A DNA stretch of 64,000 nt, taken from assembly GCA_963677475.2 (NCBI GenBank), contig CAXXQD010000010.1, forward strand, positions 114,247-178,246. Direction: 5' to 3'. The notes under the pieces are model-generated. The model searched no databases, was not told where the DNA came from, and saw only the letters and a program-made list of their open reading frames with translations. The position numbers and the translations under genes are program-made. Shown here one piece after another: positions 17,441-27,606 of the stretch (positions are counted from its first letter, which is position 1; every line of letters starts with the position of its first letter). Origin of the DNA: Prolixibacteraceae bacterium (lineage in GTDB: Bacteria; Bacteroidota; Bacteroidia; Bacteroidales; Prolixibacteraceae).

Positions 17441-19372
17441 ATGAAAAGATTTTACTTTTTTATTTATTTAAGTGCTTTATGCACAAGTTTGTACGCGCAA
17501 CCAGCAAGTTTTGAAGACTTGCAATTGCCAGAAGATTCGTATTGGAACGGTTCAGATGGAAGTGGAAGTTTCGTGTGTGGGAACATCACCTTTTACAACG
17601 ATTATAATGCTGCCTGGGCAAGTTGGAACGGATTTTCATATTCAAACAAAACCGATGTAACAACCCCGGGGTATGCTAATCAATACAGCGCAATTACTGG
17701 TTCCGGACATAATTCGGAAAACTATGCTGTAGGTTTTATTTCAGGTACCACCAAAGCAGAATTAACAACTGCATCCACCTTATCAGGTTTTTACCTTACA
17801 AATAGTACCTACACCTATTTGTCAATGCTAAATGGTGATGCTTATTCCAAAAAATTTGGTGGAGAAAAAGGAATTGACCCGGATTATCTAAAACTTACCA
17901 TTTCCGGAATTTCAGAAACCGGCGAAACTACGGGAACTGTTGATTTCTACCTAGCCGATTTTAGGTTTGATAACTCATTTATGGATTACATTGTAAATGA
18001 ATGGACTTGGGTAGATCTTTCCACATTGGGAGAAGTTAAAGAATTACGTTTTTCGCTTGAATCGAGCGATGTGGGTAGTTGGGGAATGAACACACCCGCG
18101 TATTTTTGCCTTGATGATGTAAATGGGGAAGCCCCCATTGATCCATTGGCTGGAAAAACCATTGCGACAATGGAAGATATTGGACTTGCTACCGATAGTT
18201 ATTACGATGGATCGGATATGGCTGGCGGATTTACAAGCGGTGGTTTCCAATTCAAGAATAATTACAATGCAGAATGGTTTTCGTGGAGTGGTTTTGCTGC
18301 ATCTACAAATACCAACACTGTGACAAAAGGCTGGTCAAACCAATTTAGTTCAATTGCTGGTTCGGGGGCTCAAAATACGCATTCTTATGCCGTTGGTTTT
18401 GATTTTGGCGATATGGATGTAGAATGTTCACCACAAATCATCGATGGGTTTTATGCGACCAACAATGCCTATACCTATTGGTCGATAAAAGAAGGCGATG
18501 CTTATGCTAAAAAATTTGGTGGTGCGGATGGTACCGATCCCGATTGGCTATTACTTACCATTGAAGGTTTTGATTCATTGCAAAATTCCACTGGCACAGT
18601 TGATTTTTACCTTGCAGATTTTAGGTTCACTGATGATTCAAAAGATTATATTCTTAAAACCTGGAAATATGTGGACTTAAGCTCCCTTGGTGAAGTTTCT
18701 AAATTGCATTTTAGCTTGTCTTCGTCCGACAACGGGGCATGGGGTATGAACAGCCCGGCATACTTTTGCCTGGATGAACTAAACTACAGGGATCAGGCGC
18801 CAATTGTTATCAATCCGGTAGCCGACATTGGTTATTCTGAAAATCCAATCAGGGTATTCAGCGTTCCGGTTGAACATATTTTTACCGATCCGGATGATGC
18901 CGACAGCACTATGGTTTACAGCATTGAAGGTATCGATAACCCTGAATTGGTAATGGCTACCTTTGTAAAGCTTGGTAAAACTGAGGAAACACTTGAGCAA
19001 CACATAATGGTGAATATTACCGAAGGACTTACAGGTGAAGCGGTTATTACACTTGGCGCCACTTCTAATGGAAAAACAACCCTTCATTCTTTTAAAATTG
19101 TTGTGAGCTTCCCAACAAGCATAGAATTAGTTGATAAAGCAGTAATTTCCGTTTATCCAAATCCTTTTGCCAATCGGTTAAATATTTCGCTCCCCCAAGG
19201 TGAAGGAAATGTGGTTCTTTACGACATCCAGGGACGTATTCATTATGAGGAAAGATTTAGAAATCAAACAATTATGGAAATCAATGATTTAGGATTTTTA
19301 TCACCGGGAATCTACTTTATCAATGTGGTAACCCAGGATGGAAAAACAACAGAAAAAATTGTTAAAAGATAG
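17441..19372 (+). CDS. Riboswitch-controlled surface protein with two tandem DUF4465-like domains and T9SS C-terminal sorting domain
   Basis: Internal duplication (GTVDFYLADFRF...WGMN.PAYFCLD occurs twice). C-terminal VYPNPFANRLNI...GIYFINVV Por tail. Confidence 0.75.
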   Translation: MKRFYFFIYLSALCTSLYAQPASFEDLQLPEDSYWNGSDGSGSFVCGNITFYNDYNAAWASWNGFSYSNKTDVTTPGYANQYSAITGSGHNSENYAVGFISGTTKAELTTASTLSGFYLTNSTYTYLSMLNGDAYSKKFGGEKGIDPDYLKLTISGISETGETTGTVDFYLADFRFDNSFMDYIVNEWTWVDLSTLGEVKELRFSLESSDVGSWGMNTPAYFCLDDVNGEAPIDPLAGKTIATMEDIGLATDSYYDGSDMAGGFTSGGFQFKNNYNAEWFSWSGFAASTNTNTVTKGWSNQFSSIAGSGAQNTHSYAVGFDFGDMDVECSPQIIDGFYATNNAYTYWSIKEGDAYAKKFGGADGTDPDWLLLTIEGFDSLQNSTGTVDFYLADFRFTDDSKDYILKTWKYVDLSSLGEVSKLHFSLSSSDNGAWGMNSPAYFCLDELNYRDQAPIVINPVADIGYSENPIRVFSVPVEHIFTDPDDADSTMVYSIEGIDNPELVMATFVKLGKTEETLEQHIMVNITEGLTGEAVITLGATSNGKTTLHSFKIVVSFPTSIELVDKAVISVYPNPFANRLNISLPQGEGNVVLYDIQGRIHYEERFRNQTIMEINDLGFLSPGIYFINVVTQDGKTTEKIVKR

Positions 19373-19538
19373 ATGATCAGAATTTTCAACAGGTAGCAGC
19401 TAAAAACGATCAAATACTTATGAAGTGTTACCTGTTGATTAATTTTTGTCAATTCCAGAAAAAAGACATTTTTGTATTTTGTTCAATTGATGGAAAATCG
19501 TTTCTTTGTAGGCTAATTGAAAAGAATGATATAGAATT

Positions 19539-20129
19539 ATGGAAATCGCAAAAAATACAATGGTAACCCTTACCTACGATTTAAGGGTTGATGACGTAAA
19601 TGGTCAAATGGTTGAACAAGCAACTACCGAAAATCCATTACAGTTTTTATATGGGGTAGGTATGATGCTTCCTAAATTTGAATCCAACCTTTTAGGGGTA
19701 AGCCAGGGAGACTCATTTGAAGTGAAGTTGGAAAAAGCTGATGCTTATGGGGAAGTAAACCCGGATGCTTTGGTCGATTTACCAAAAAATGTGTTTGAAG
19801 TGAATGGCGAAATCGATTACGAATTAATTAAAGTCGGAAATACCGTTCCAATGATGAGCAGTAATGGACAAAGGCTTAACGGATTAGTACTTGAAGTAAA
19901 CGACGATGTTGTAAAGATGGATTTTAACCATCCTTTGGCAGGCGAAGATTTGTTCTTTACCGGATCAGTTGTTGAAGTTCGTGAAGCATCGGAAGAAGAA
20001 ATTGCACAAATCCTGAACAGTGGCGGTGGCTGCGGTTGCGGAGATGGTGGCTGTGGTACAGATGACTGTGACGATGGAAGCTGTGGATCGAACGACGGTT
20101 CCGGAGGGGGCTGTGGTTGCGGTTGCTAA
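19539..20129 (+). CDS. slyD: FKBP-type peptidyl-prolyl isomerase SlyD with Gly/Cys-rich C-terminal tail
   Basis: VTLTYDLRV...DFNHPLAGEDLFFTGSVVEVREA SlyD pattern. Tail is GGGCGCGDGGCGTDDCDDGSCGSNDGSGGGCGCGC. Confidence 0.88.
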   Translation: MEIAKNTMVTLTYDLRVDDVNGQMVEQATTENPLQFLYGVGMMLPKFESNLLGVSQGDSFEVKLEKADAYGEVNPDALVDLPKNVFEVNGEIDYELIKVGNTVPMMSSNGQRLNGLVLEVNDDVVKMDFNHPLAGEDLFFTGSVVEVREASEEEIAQILNSGGGCGCGDGGCGTDDCDDGSCGSNDGSGGGCGCGC

Positions 20130-20180
20130 AAGCATTGATATTTATATAAAACTTTTATATTGAAACCTCGTAATCTTTTA

Positions 20181-20188
20181 TATTTTTG
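20181..20188 (+). promoter_or_regulatory. Bacteroidota -7 promoter box (TAnnTTTG) upstream of aroC
   Basis: tatttttg lies 26 nt upstream of the ATG. Confidence 0.4.
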
Positions 20189-20213
20189 AAGATGCGGGGT
20201 TTTATAATTACTT

Positions 20214-21287
20214 ATGAACACATTCGGAAAACTATTCAGGTTAACATCTTTCGGTGAATCACACGGAAAAGGAATTGGGGGCATTATTGACGGATGCCCG
20301 TCTGGTGTTGAAATAGATATGGAATTCATTCAAAATGAATTGAACAGAAGGCGTCCGGGGCAATCAAAAATTACAACGCAACGAAAAGAACCGGATGCCG
20401 TTGAGTTTTTATCCGGCATATTCGAAGGCAAGACACAGGGAACACCAATTGCTTTCGCCATTTGGAACAAAGACCAACACTCGAATGATTATTCCGATAT
20501 AAAAGATGTTTTCCGCCCGTCACATGCCGATTATACCTATACCCAGAAATATGGCTCACGTGATTATAGGGGAGGGGGAAGGTCTTCAGCCCGTGAAACC
20601 ATAGCCCGCGTGGTTGCTGGTGCAATTGCCAAATTAATCCTTCAGCAAAAAGGAATTTCTATTCAGGCATTTGTTTCCTCGGTTGGCGAAATAAAACTGG
20701 AAAAATATTATAAAGAATTAGACCTTTCAAAAACCGAAGATACCATTGTTCGTTGCCCCGACCCGGAAACTGCCGAAAAGATGATTGAACGAATTGAGTT
20801 TGCCGGAAGAAACCATGACACGGTTGGCGGTGTTATTACGGCAGTCGCCACAGGTGTTCCTGTTGGACTTGGAGAGCCTGTATTTGCTAAGCTTCATGCC
20901 GATTTGGGGCATGCCATGTTAGGCATAAATGCGGTGAAAGGTTTTGAATATGGAAGTGGTTTTGAAGGAACAAAATTAAGTGGATCTGAACATAATGATA
21001 TTTTCATACGTTCAAATAGTGGAATTAAAACTAAAACAAATAATTCTGGTGGCGTACAGGGTGGAATTTCAAATGGCGAAGATATTTATTTTAAAGTAGC
21101 TTTTAAGCCCATTGCAACCCTGCTGAAAGAACAAAATACGGTTGACCGTGATGGAAATGAAATTACGATTAACCCAAAAGGGAGACATGACCCGTGTGTG
21201 TTGCCAAGGGCAGTACCAATTGTTGAAGCAATGGCTGCGTTGGTTTTAGTAGATCATTATTTAATGAGTCAAATTAATAAACTATAG
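20214..21287 (+). CDS. aroC: Chorismate synthase
   Basis: FGESHG, RPGQS and RRSARET-type ([14 protein letters not shown]) motifs. 357 aa. Confidence 0.95.
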   Translation: MNTFGKLFRLTSFGESHGKGIGGIIDGCPSGVEIDMEFIQNELNRRRPGQSKITTQRKEPDAVEFLSGIFEGKTQGTPIAFAIWNKDQHSNDYSDIKDVFRPSHADYTYTQKYGSRDYRGGGRSSARETIARVVAGAIAKLILQQKGISIQAFVSSVGEIKLEKYYKELDLSKTEDTIVRCPDPETAEKMIERIEFAGRNHDTVGGVITAVATGVPVGLGEPVFAKLHADLGHAMLGINAVKGFEYGSGFEGTKLSGSEHNDIFIRSNSGIKTKTNNSGGVQGGISNGEDIYFKVAFKPIATLLKEQNTVDRDGNEITINPKGRHDPCVLPRAVPIVEAMAALVLVDHYLMSQINKL

Positions 21288-21289
21288 AG

Positions 21290-21703
21290 ATGCCAAGAAA
21301 AAAGAGAGATCGGAAAATACTTGTTCCCCCGGTGATAAAAGGAATGTCTGTGTTTGGTGTAAGAGGAAGAAAGGCACAAGAGATATCTTTGAAGATAGAA
21401 GAATATGAAGCTATAAGGTTGCTTGATTACAGAGGCATGACACAGGAAGAGGCGGCAGTTCATATGGAGGTTAGCAGGCCAACACTTACACGTATTTACG
21501 AAGATGCGCGTAAAAAGGTAGCGCAATCTTTTGTTGAAGGCCGTGATATTCTTTTTAGGGGTGGAAATTTCTTTTTTACCGACGATTGGTACAAATGTAC
21601 TTCATGCAATTCAAGCTTTAGTTTTTATGAAGACTCAAAAGTTTGCTGTCCGCTATGTACTTCAGAGGACTTAATTTCCTTAAATGAATATTACAAAGAT
21701 TAA
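21290..21703 (+). CDS. DUF134 (UPF0251) DNA-binding protein with C-terminal CxxC...CxxC zinc-ribbon-like tail
   Basis: MPRKKRDRKI..PP start. HTH-like EEAAVHMEVSRPTLTRIYEDARKKVA. CTSC...CPLC. Confidence 0.75.
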   Translation: MPRKKRDRKILVPPVIKGMSVFGVRGRKAQEISLKIEEYEAIRLLDYRGMTQEEAAVHMEVSRPTLTRIYEDARKKVAQSFVEGRDILFRGGNFFFTDDWYKCTSCNSSFSFYEDSKVCCPLCTSEDLISLNEYYKD

Positions 21704-21835
21704 GTGTAATACAATGATATTTGAGAAAGCCGGTGGGAGAAATTTCATTGGCTTTTTTGTTTAATTCCTTACCAAATTAATTATTACACAAGTATATATA
21801 TGAAATATGAAGGGAAATATGTCTTTCCAAATGAT

Positions 21836-22342
21836 TTATAATTCCGATCTTTTATACTTAAAAGGAACTTCTTCCACGGTATGATCATGTGAAATACGGA
21901 CATAAATGGTAATTTCATCGCCACTTATTTTTTCAAAAGTAAAGCCATCAAAATAAACCTTGCCAGGAGTAACTTTTACCAATTTAAAATCAACCGTTTC
22001 ATCCTTTTCTTCCCAGCCTTTTAAATCGCCATGAAAATGTTTTAAGCGCAAAATCAAACTGTTGTTTTCTTCCGTGATTGTAACAATTTCATAAAACCCG
22101 GCTTCCCCGTCCTTCAGCAGTTTAAAAACACACATCATTGAATTTCCCAAAGGTGGCGACCAAATCTCTTCAATCGTGCCACCAAAAGCTTCTCCGGTCC
22201 AGCGGCCACTAATCCATTTTACATCTTCCAAACTTGCCTCAGGACTTCCCAAAGTTTCATCATATTCCAGGGTATTCTCAAAAGCAGTCTGTCCAAAGCT
22301 TATCGTTGGAAACAGCATCAATATAAATAGGAATGTTTTCAT
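21836..22342 (-). CDS. Secreted hypothetical protein (DUF6265-like)
   Basis: Signal peptide. WISGRWTGEAFGGTIEEIW motif. Family assignment is tentative. Confidence 0.55.
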   Translation of the reverse strand: MKTFLFILMLFPTISFGQTAFENTLEYDETLGSPEASLEDVKWISGRWTGEAFGGTIEEIWSPPLGNSMMCVFKLLKDGEAGFYEIVTITEENNSLILRLKHFHGDLKGWEEKDETVDFKLVKVTPGKVYFDGFTFEKISGDEITIYVRISHDHTVEEVPFKYKRSEL

Positions 22343-22553
22343 TATTTTATTTTTTCAACATTAACTGGTTCTTTTCAGGATATCTAAGACGAAAATGTTT
22401 TGCAATCGCAATTATTAAACATAGAAGATAAAAATAAGTTTAACAATTGGGATTGGGATCTATCTGTACATTTCTGAAAGAAAGGCTAGTTTTCACTCAA
22501 TTATCGGGACAATAAATATAGTATTTTACTTTTAGTGCAAGCCAAATTGATCT

Positions 22554-23951
22554 TTACTTTCCAATACAAAAATTTTTAAAAATATTCCCTAATACTTCAT
22601 CGGTGGTAATTTCGCCAGTAATTTCACCCAGGTAGTGCAGGCATTCGCGAATATCCTGTGAAAGGAAATCTGAACTTATTCCGGAGTCTAATCCCATCTT
22701 TACCCTTTCAATGGCATCGTAGGCATGTGTAAGTGCTTCAAAATGACGGATATTGGTCACAATTACATCGTTCTCATCCACCTTTTGCAGGTTGACGGTT
22801 TCCAGTAACAGCGATCGCAATTGCTCAATATTCTGCTTTTGTTTGGCAGAAATAAAAACAATGTCCTCATTATCCGCCAACGTAATCTTATCTATTAGCC
22901 TGGTAACCACTTGTTTTTCCACCAGGTCGGCTTTATTGCCAACAATTATCAACTGTTGTTCTTTAATTTTATTTCGAATCAATTGGATACGTTGCAGGAT
23001 CAGGTCAATATCATTGTGTAAATCAACAATTATTAAAACAATACTTGCCTGGTCAACCTTTCCGAAAGTACGCTCGATTCCTAAAGTTTCAATGGCATCC
23101 TGTGTTTCTCGAATTCCGGCGGTATCAAAAAACCGGAAAGTCGTTCCTTCAATATTTACAACATCTTCAATCACATCGCGCGTGGTTCCGTGAATATCCG
23201 AAACAATTGCTTTCTCTTCGTTCAACAAGGTATTCAACAGGGTTGACTTGCCCACATTTGTTTCGCCAACAATGGCTACCGGAACGCCATTTTTAATGGC
23301 ATTTCCCAAACGAAATGAGTCTTTGAGCTTCTTTATGATGCTTTCAATTTTATCCACCAAGACCTTTAACTGGGTCCTATCGGCAAACTCCACGTCTTCT
23401 TCACTAAAATCAAGTTCCAGTTCGATTAATGTAGTAAATGTCAATAATTCTTCCCTTAAATTGCTAATCTCGGTGGAGAACCCGCCACGCATCTGGTTAA
23501 TCGCAACTTTATGTGAAGCAGCCGAACTTGAGTTTATAAGGTCGGCAATGGCTTCCGCTTGCGAAAGGTCCATTTTCCCATTTAAAAAAGCCCTCTGTGT
23601 AAACTCGCCTGGTTTTGCCAAACGTGCCCCATTTTCTACCAATAACTGAACAATTTTTTGCTGAATATAAACCGCGCCATGACAGGAGACTTCAACCACA
23701 TCTTCGCCAGTAAATGACCGTGGAGCTTTGAAAATGGAAACCACAACATCATCAATCACAGCCCCATTTTTAACGATACTCCCAAAATGGACGGTATTAG
23801 GTGCTTGATTGCTGAGGTGCTTGTTTTTACTGGGCGAAGAATAAACTTTATTCGCAATTGAGATCGCATTCTCACCGGAAATACGAATGGTTGCAATAGC
23901 TCCAATCCCCGGAGAAGTTGCAATGGCACATATAGTTGATTGATCAATCAT
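22554..23951 (-). CDS. mnmE: tRNA modification GTPase MnmE (TrmE)
   Basis: N-terminal TICAIATSPG, G domain GETNVGKSTLLN / DTAGIR / NKAD, C-terminal CIGK. Confidence 0.95.
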   Translation of the reverse strand: MIDQSTICAIATSPGIGAIATIRISGENAISIANKVYSSPSKNKHLSNQAPNTVHFGSIVKNGAVIDDVVVSIFKAPRSFTGEDVVEVSCHGAVYIQQKIVQLLVENGARLAKPGEFTQRAFLNGKMDLSQAEAIADLINSSSAASHKVAINQMRGGFSTEISNLREELLTFTTLIELELDFSEEDVEFADRTQLKVLVDKIESIIKKLKDSFRLGNAIKNGVPVAIVGETNVGKSTLLNTLLNEEKAIVSDIHGTTRDVIEDVVNIEGTTFRFFDTAGIRETQDAIETLGIERTFGKVDQASIVLIIVDLHNDIDLILQRIQLIRNKIKEQQLIIVGNKADLVEKQVVTRLIDKITLADNEDIVFISAKQKQNIEQLRSLLLETVNLQKVDENDVIVTNIRHFEALTHAYDAIERVKMGLDSGISSDFLSQDIRECLHYLGEITGEITTDEVLGNIFKNFCIGK

Positions 23952-23979
23952 GAAATAGCAAATTCTTTCACAAAAGTAA

Positions 23980-24789
23980 CTAAAAATGCTTTTGTTTCAT
24001 TTTTTTAAAATAAAGCACAGGAAGTTCTTTTGCTTTTAAATTTTGATGTTGAACCCAAACCGTTTTTAAACGTTCCGCCATAAACGCACAAACCCTCTTT
24101 TGATACGTATCACCTAAATCGATATCTGCTTTTTTTTCCAGCTTAAAAAGTATCGAAAAAAGCCATTCCATATAATTATCGAAAAGCTGCCAAGGCATAA
24201 TAAACATATTAAAAGCATACAATTCACGGCCACTGAAAACAGTATCAAAGGCTTGTAAGTAATCAGGATAATTGTCTTCAAGGATTTTTCGGGTTATATT
24301 AATATCCTCTTCGTTGTGCCTTTTTCGATATTGATCATACACAGAATATTTAAAAATCTTCTTCTGAGGCAAGATAACATCATATTTTTTAAGGATCGAT
24401 TTCATTTCATTTTCCGAAAGGATTTTATGTAGCCAAAATTTTGGTTGGCTCACATAATATAAGCCATGCCTTTTTTTCTTCAGCCCCACAAAAAATAATA
24501 ACAATTTGCTGAAATGGCACCAAATATTTGCATTTGAAGCCGTAAAATACCTACGATAATGACTGGTTCCAACATAATCATGTTTTTTGTTCTTCCAAAT
24601 CCAATACCAGCCAGTGAGCTCACTATAAATATGGTTTTTATCAGAAATATTGTCCCCAGTCGAATCATCCTCCATGTCTAAATCTAAACAGGTTACCTTT
24701 TTGCCAACCTGCAATTCGGTATAAACCGGTTCTTCCGATAATTTTTTTCCATCTTTATGAAAAGCAATATATGCTTTAAAATTTTCCAT
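23980..24789 (-). CDS. DUF4422-type glycosyltransferase
   Basis: GDNISDKN..YSELTGWYWIWKN...GTSHYRRYF pattern. Confidence 0.7.
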   Translation of the reverse strand: MENFKAYIAFHKDGKKLSEEPVYTELQVGKKVTCLDLDMEDDSTGDNISDKNHIYSELTGWYWIWKNKKHDYVGTSHYRRYFTASNANIWCHFSKLLLFFVGLKKKRHGLYYVSQPKFWLHKILSENEMKSILKKYDVILPQKKIFKYSVYDQYRKRHNEEDINITRKILEDNYPDYLQAFDTVFSGRELYAFNMFIMPWQLFDNYMEWLFSILFKLEKKADIDLGDTYQKRVCAFMAERLKTVWVQHQNLKAKELPVLYFKKMKQKHF

Positions 24790-24994
24790 GTATCGTGGAT
24801 CTTGATTCTCCTTTAATTGCCCTTAATGACTTATTTCTAAATATGAAGGTGCAAACATATTTAATATTTTTTGAAGGCATACTTAAATAGTGTTAATGAT
24901 GGTCAATAATAATTAAGTATTAACGGCTACTCAATTTTTTTGCTTTTCGACATACGATAGGTATTTTAGTGGTCATTGAAAGAAAAAATATACG

Positions 24995-25729
24995 ATGGAA
25001 TTAATAGAACAGGCAGCCCGACTAATTAAAAAGTCAAAATATACCATTGCATTTACAGGGGCAGGAATATCTGTAGAGAGCGGTATCCCGCCCTTTAGGG
25101 GGGAAATGGGGCTATGGAATAAATACGATCCTAAAGTACTTGATATAAATTATTTTCTTCAAAACCCAGGTTTTTGTTGGGATTCTATTAGAGAAATATT
25201 TTATGATTTTTTTGAACAATCGAAACCAAATGATGCGCACAAAGTATTGGCACAAATGGAGAAGAAACAATTGTTAAAAGCAATTGTTACCCAAAATATT
25301 GACAACTTGCATTATGAAGCAGGAAGTCAAAATGTTTATGAGTTTCATGGAAATTCAAAGAAGCTGAAATGCCTTATGTGTGGTGAACTTTCTGATGTAA
25401 AAAACATCGATTTTAATAACCTACCGCCAAAGTGCAAGAATGACGCTTCGGTATTAAAACCCGATTTTATCTTTTTTGGGGAAGGTATTCCTCCGGACGC
25501 TTATGAAATGTCGTTTATAGCCGCAAAAAAATGTGAAGTATGCATCATTATTGGCTCAACAGGAGAAGTTACCCCGGCTTCCTATATCCCAAATACTGCC
25601 AAAGAATATGGTGCCACTATCATCGAGATAAATACGGATGAATCGTTGTTTACCAATAGGATAACCGATATTCATTTAAAAGGTAAAGCAGGAGATATCC
25701 TAAATCGTTTATCGACATACTTGTTTTAA
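24995..25729 (+). CDS. NAD-dependent protein deacylase, Sir2 family
   Basis: GAGISVESGIPPFRG, TQNIDNLH, and zinc ribbon CLMCG...PPKC. Confidence 0.9.
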   Translation: MELIEQAARLIKKSKYTIAFTGAGISVESGIPPFRGEMGLWNKYDPKVLDINYFLQNPGFCWDSIREIFYDFFEQSKPNDAHKVLAQMEKKQLLKAIVTQNIDNLHYEAGSQNVYEFHGNSKKLKCLMCGELSDVKNIDFNNLPPKCKNDASVLKPDFIFFGEGIPPDAYEMSFIAAKKCEVCIIIGSTGEVTPASYIPNTAKEYGATIIEINTDESLFTNRITDIHLKGKAGDILNRLSTYLF

Positions 25730-25785
25730 ACTTTTAACCAACTTGTTTTAATTTTCCCTCAATCCATAATTATTTAAGAAGAATT

Positions 25786-25811
25786 AAAGCTTTTCCGGGG
25801 AAGCTTTTTTT
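25786..25811 (+). terminator. Rho-independent terminator after the Sir2 gene
   Basis: aaagcttttcc/ggggaagcttt stem followed by a T-run. Confidence 0.6.
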
Positions 25812-25830
25812 GTTAACACCCAATAAAAAG

Positions 25831-25838
25831 TATATTTG
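25831..25838 (+). promoter_or_regulatory. Bacteroidota -7 promoter box (TAnnTTTG) upstream of fabG
   Basis: tatatttg. Its position argues for the ATG at 25869 rather than the ORF-track start at 25836. Confidence 0.45.
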
Positions 25839-25868
25839 TGGCTCAATAAAATTCAAAAAATTTCCATA

Positions 25869-26615
25869 ATGAAGTTATTAGAAGGAAAAACCGCTATTAT
25901 AACTGGAGCTTCCAGGGGAATAGGAAAAGCGATTGCTTTAAAATTTGCTCAAGAAGGTTGCAACGTTGCATTTACCGATCTTTTTGAAGATGAAAATATG
26001 AAAAACACAGAGGCTGAATTAAATGCTTTAGGGATTAAAGCAAAAGGATACGCTTCTGATGCCAGTAATTTAGAAGATACAGAAAGGGTAGTAGGCGAAA
26101 TTGTTAAAGAATTTGGCGCTATCGATGCCTTGGTAAACAATGCAGGTATTACCAAAGATACTTTGTTAATGCGAATGACCGAAGATCAGTGGGATGCAGT
26201 GATAAATGTAAATTTAAAGTCTGTTTTTAACTTTACGAAAGCAGCTCAACGTACTATGCTCAAACAACGTAGCGGATCCATCATCAACCTAAGTTCAGTT
26301 GTTGGAGTAAGCGGAAATGCCGGGCAAGCGAACTATTCAGCATCAAAAGCAGGCATAATTGGCTTTACCAAATCAATTGCACGCGAATTGGGCTCTAGGG
26401 GAATTCGTTCAAATGCCATTGCACCCGGGTTTATCATTACTGAAATGACAGCCAAGATTCCGGAAGACGCAAGAAAAGCATGGGAAGATTCAATACCACT
26501 AAAACGAGGCGGTACACCTGAAGAAGTTGCCGGGGTTGCGACATTCCTGGCTTCTGACCTGTCGAGCTATGTTAGCGGACAAGTTATAACCGTATGTGGA
26601 GCTATGAATACCTAA
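25869..26615 (+). CDS. fabG: 3-oxoacyl-ACP reductase
   Basis: TGASRGIGKAIA, NNAG, and YSASKAG catalytic motif. Confidence 0.92.
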   Translation: MKLLEGKTAIITGASRGIGKAIALKFAQEGCNVAFTDLFEDENMKNTEAELNALGIKAKGYASDASNLEDTERVVGEIVKEFGAIDALVNNAGITKDTLLMRMTEDQWDAVINVNLKSVFNFTKAAQRTMLKQRSGSIINLSSVVGVSGNAGQANYSASKAGIIGFTKSIARELGSRGIRSNAIAPGFIITEMTAKIPEDARKAWEDSIPLKRGGTPEEVAGVATFLASDLSSYVSGQVITVCGAMNT

Positions 26616-26653
26616 GGGATATTTTAAGTTCGTTTCAATAAAAAATATAATTT

Positions 26654-26683
26654 AGCTGTTCATTTTTTCGAACAGCTTTTTTT
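26654..26683 (+). terminator. Rho-independent terminator after fabG
   Basis: agctgttc-attttttc-gaacagct followed by T6. Confidence 0.75.
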
Positions 26684-27550
26684 ATGGTTAAAAACGGAAT
26701 ATTTATTGGCTTAACCACCATTGACATTCAATACTTGATAGATACATTTCCCGGGGCAAATGTTAAAGTAAAAACAGACGCTCCAGACGTAATGGTGGGA
26801 GGGCCGGCAACAAATGCTGCGGTGATTTTTGCCCATTTAAATGGTAATGCAGAGTTGTATTCGGCAATTGGAATAAATCCATTTCGAAATTATATTTTAG
26901 ACGACTTAACAAAACATAAAATAAGGGTAAACGATGTGGTCGATGGGCAGCCGGTTTCGCCGGTAATTGCAACTGTTGTTACCTCTAACGAAAAAGGAGA
27001 CCGCAACATATTCACACATAATCCGCCCAAAATTAATATCAATAGCGCAATCCTGAATCAATTTGAAAATAGGGAAGCCTCCTTTATTTTTATTGATGGT
27101 TTTTATCCTGAAATTGCTCTTCCGGTACTAAAAGCAGCGAAGAAAAAGAACATCCCAGTCATAGCGGATTGTGGCAGTTGGAAGCCACAATATGAAGACC
27201 TGCTTCCTTTTGTTGATTATGCCATCTGTTCCAACGATTTTCAACCACCGGGCACATTAAACTCATTGGAAGTTTTTGAATACCTTGCATCTAAAAACAT
27301 TCAAAACGCGGCAATAACAAGGGGAGGGGATTCAATTTTATGGCACTCTGAGAAAGGGATAAACGAAATAGATGTGGAATGCGTGATTGTTGTGGATACA
27401 TTGGGTGCTGGAGATTTCTTTCATGGGGCATTTTGCCACTATTTATTAAACTTGAAGAATTTTGAATTGGCACTGAAAGCTGCATCCCATATAGCGGGCA
27501 TAAGTTGTGGGTATTCTGGAACAAGAACTTGGTTAAAATATGTCAAATAA
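26684..27550 (+). CDS. PfkB-family carbohydrate/nucleoside kinase
   Basis: DTLGAGDFFHGAF C-terminal PfkB signature. Ribokinase-like length. Confidence 0.8.
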   Translation: MVKNGIFIGLTTIDIQYLIDTFPGANVKVKTDAPDVMVGGPATNAAVIFAHLNGNAELYSAIGINPFRNYILDDLTKHKIRVNDVVDGQPVSPVIATVVTSNEKGDRNIFTHNPPKININSAILNQFENREASFIFIDGFYPEIALPVLKAAKKKNIPVIADCGSWKPQYEDLLPFVDYAICSNDFQPPGTLNSLEVFEYLASKNIQNAAITRGGDSILWHSEKGINEIDVECVIVVDTLGAGDFFHGAFCHYLLNLKNFELALKAASHIAGISCGYSGTRTWLKYVK

Positions 27551-27606
27551 GGTTTGTAACTCAAAAAAAAGCAGTAAATTGAATCTCTGAGAACAGAACA
27601 ACGTCA

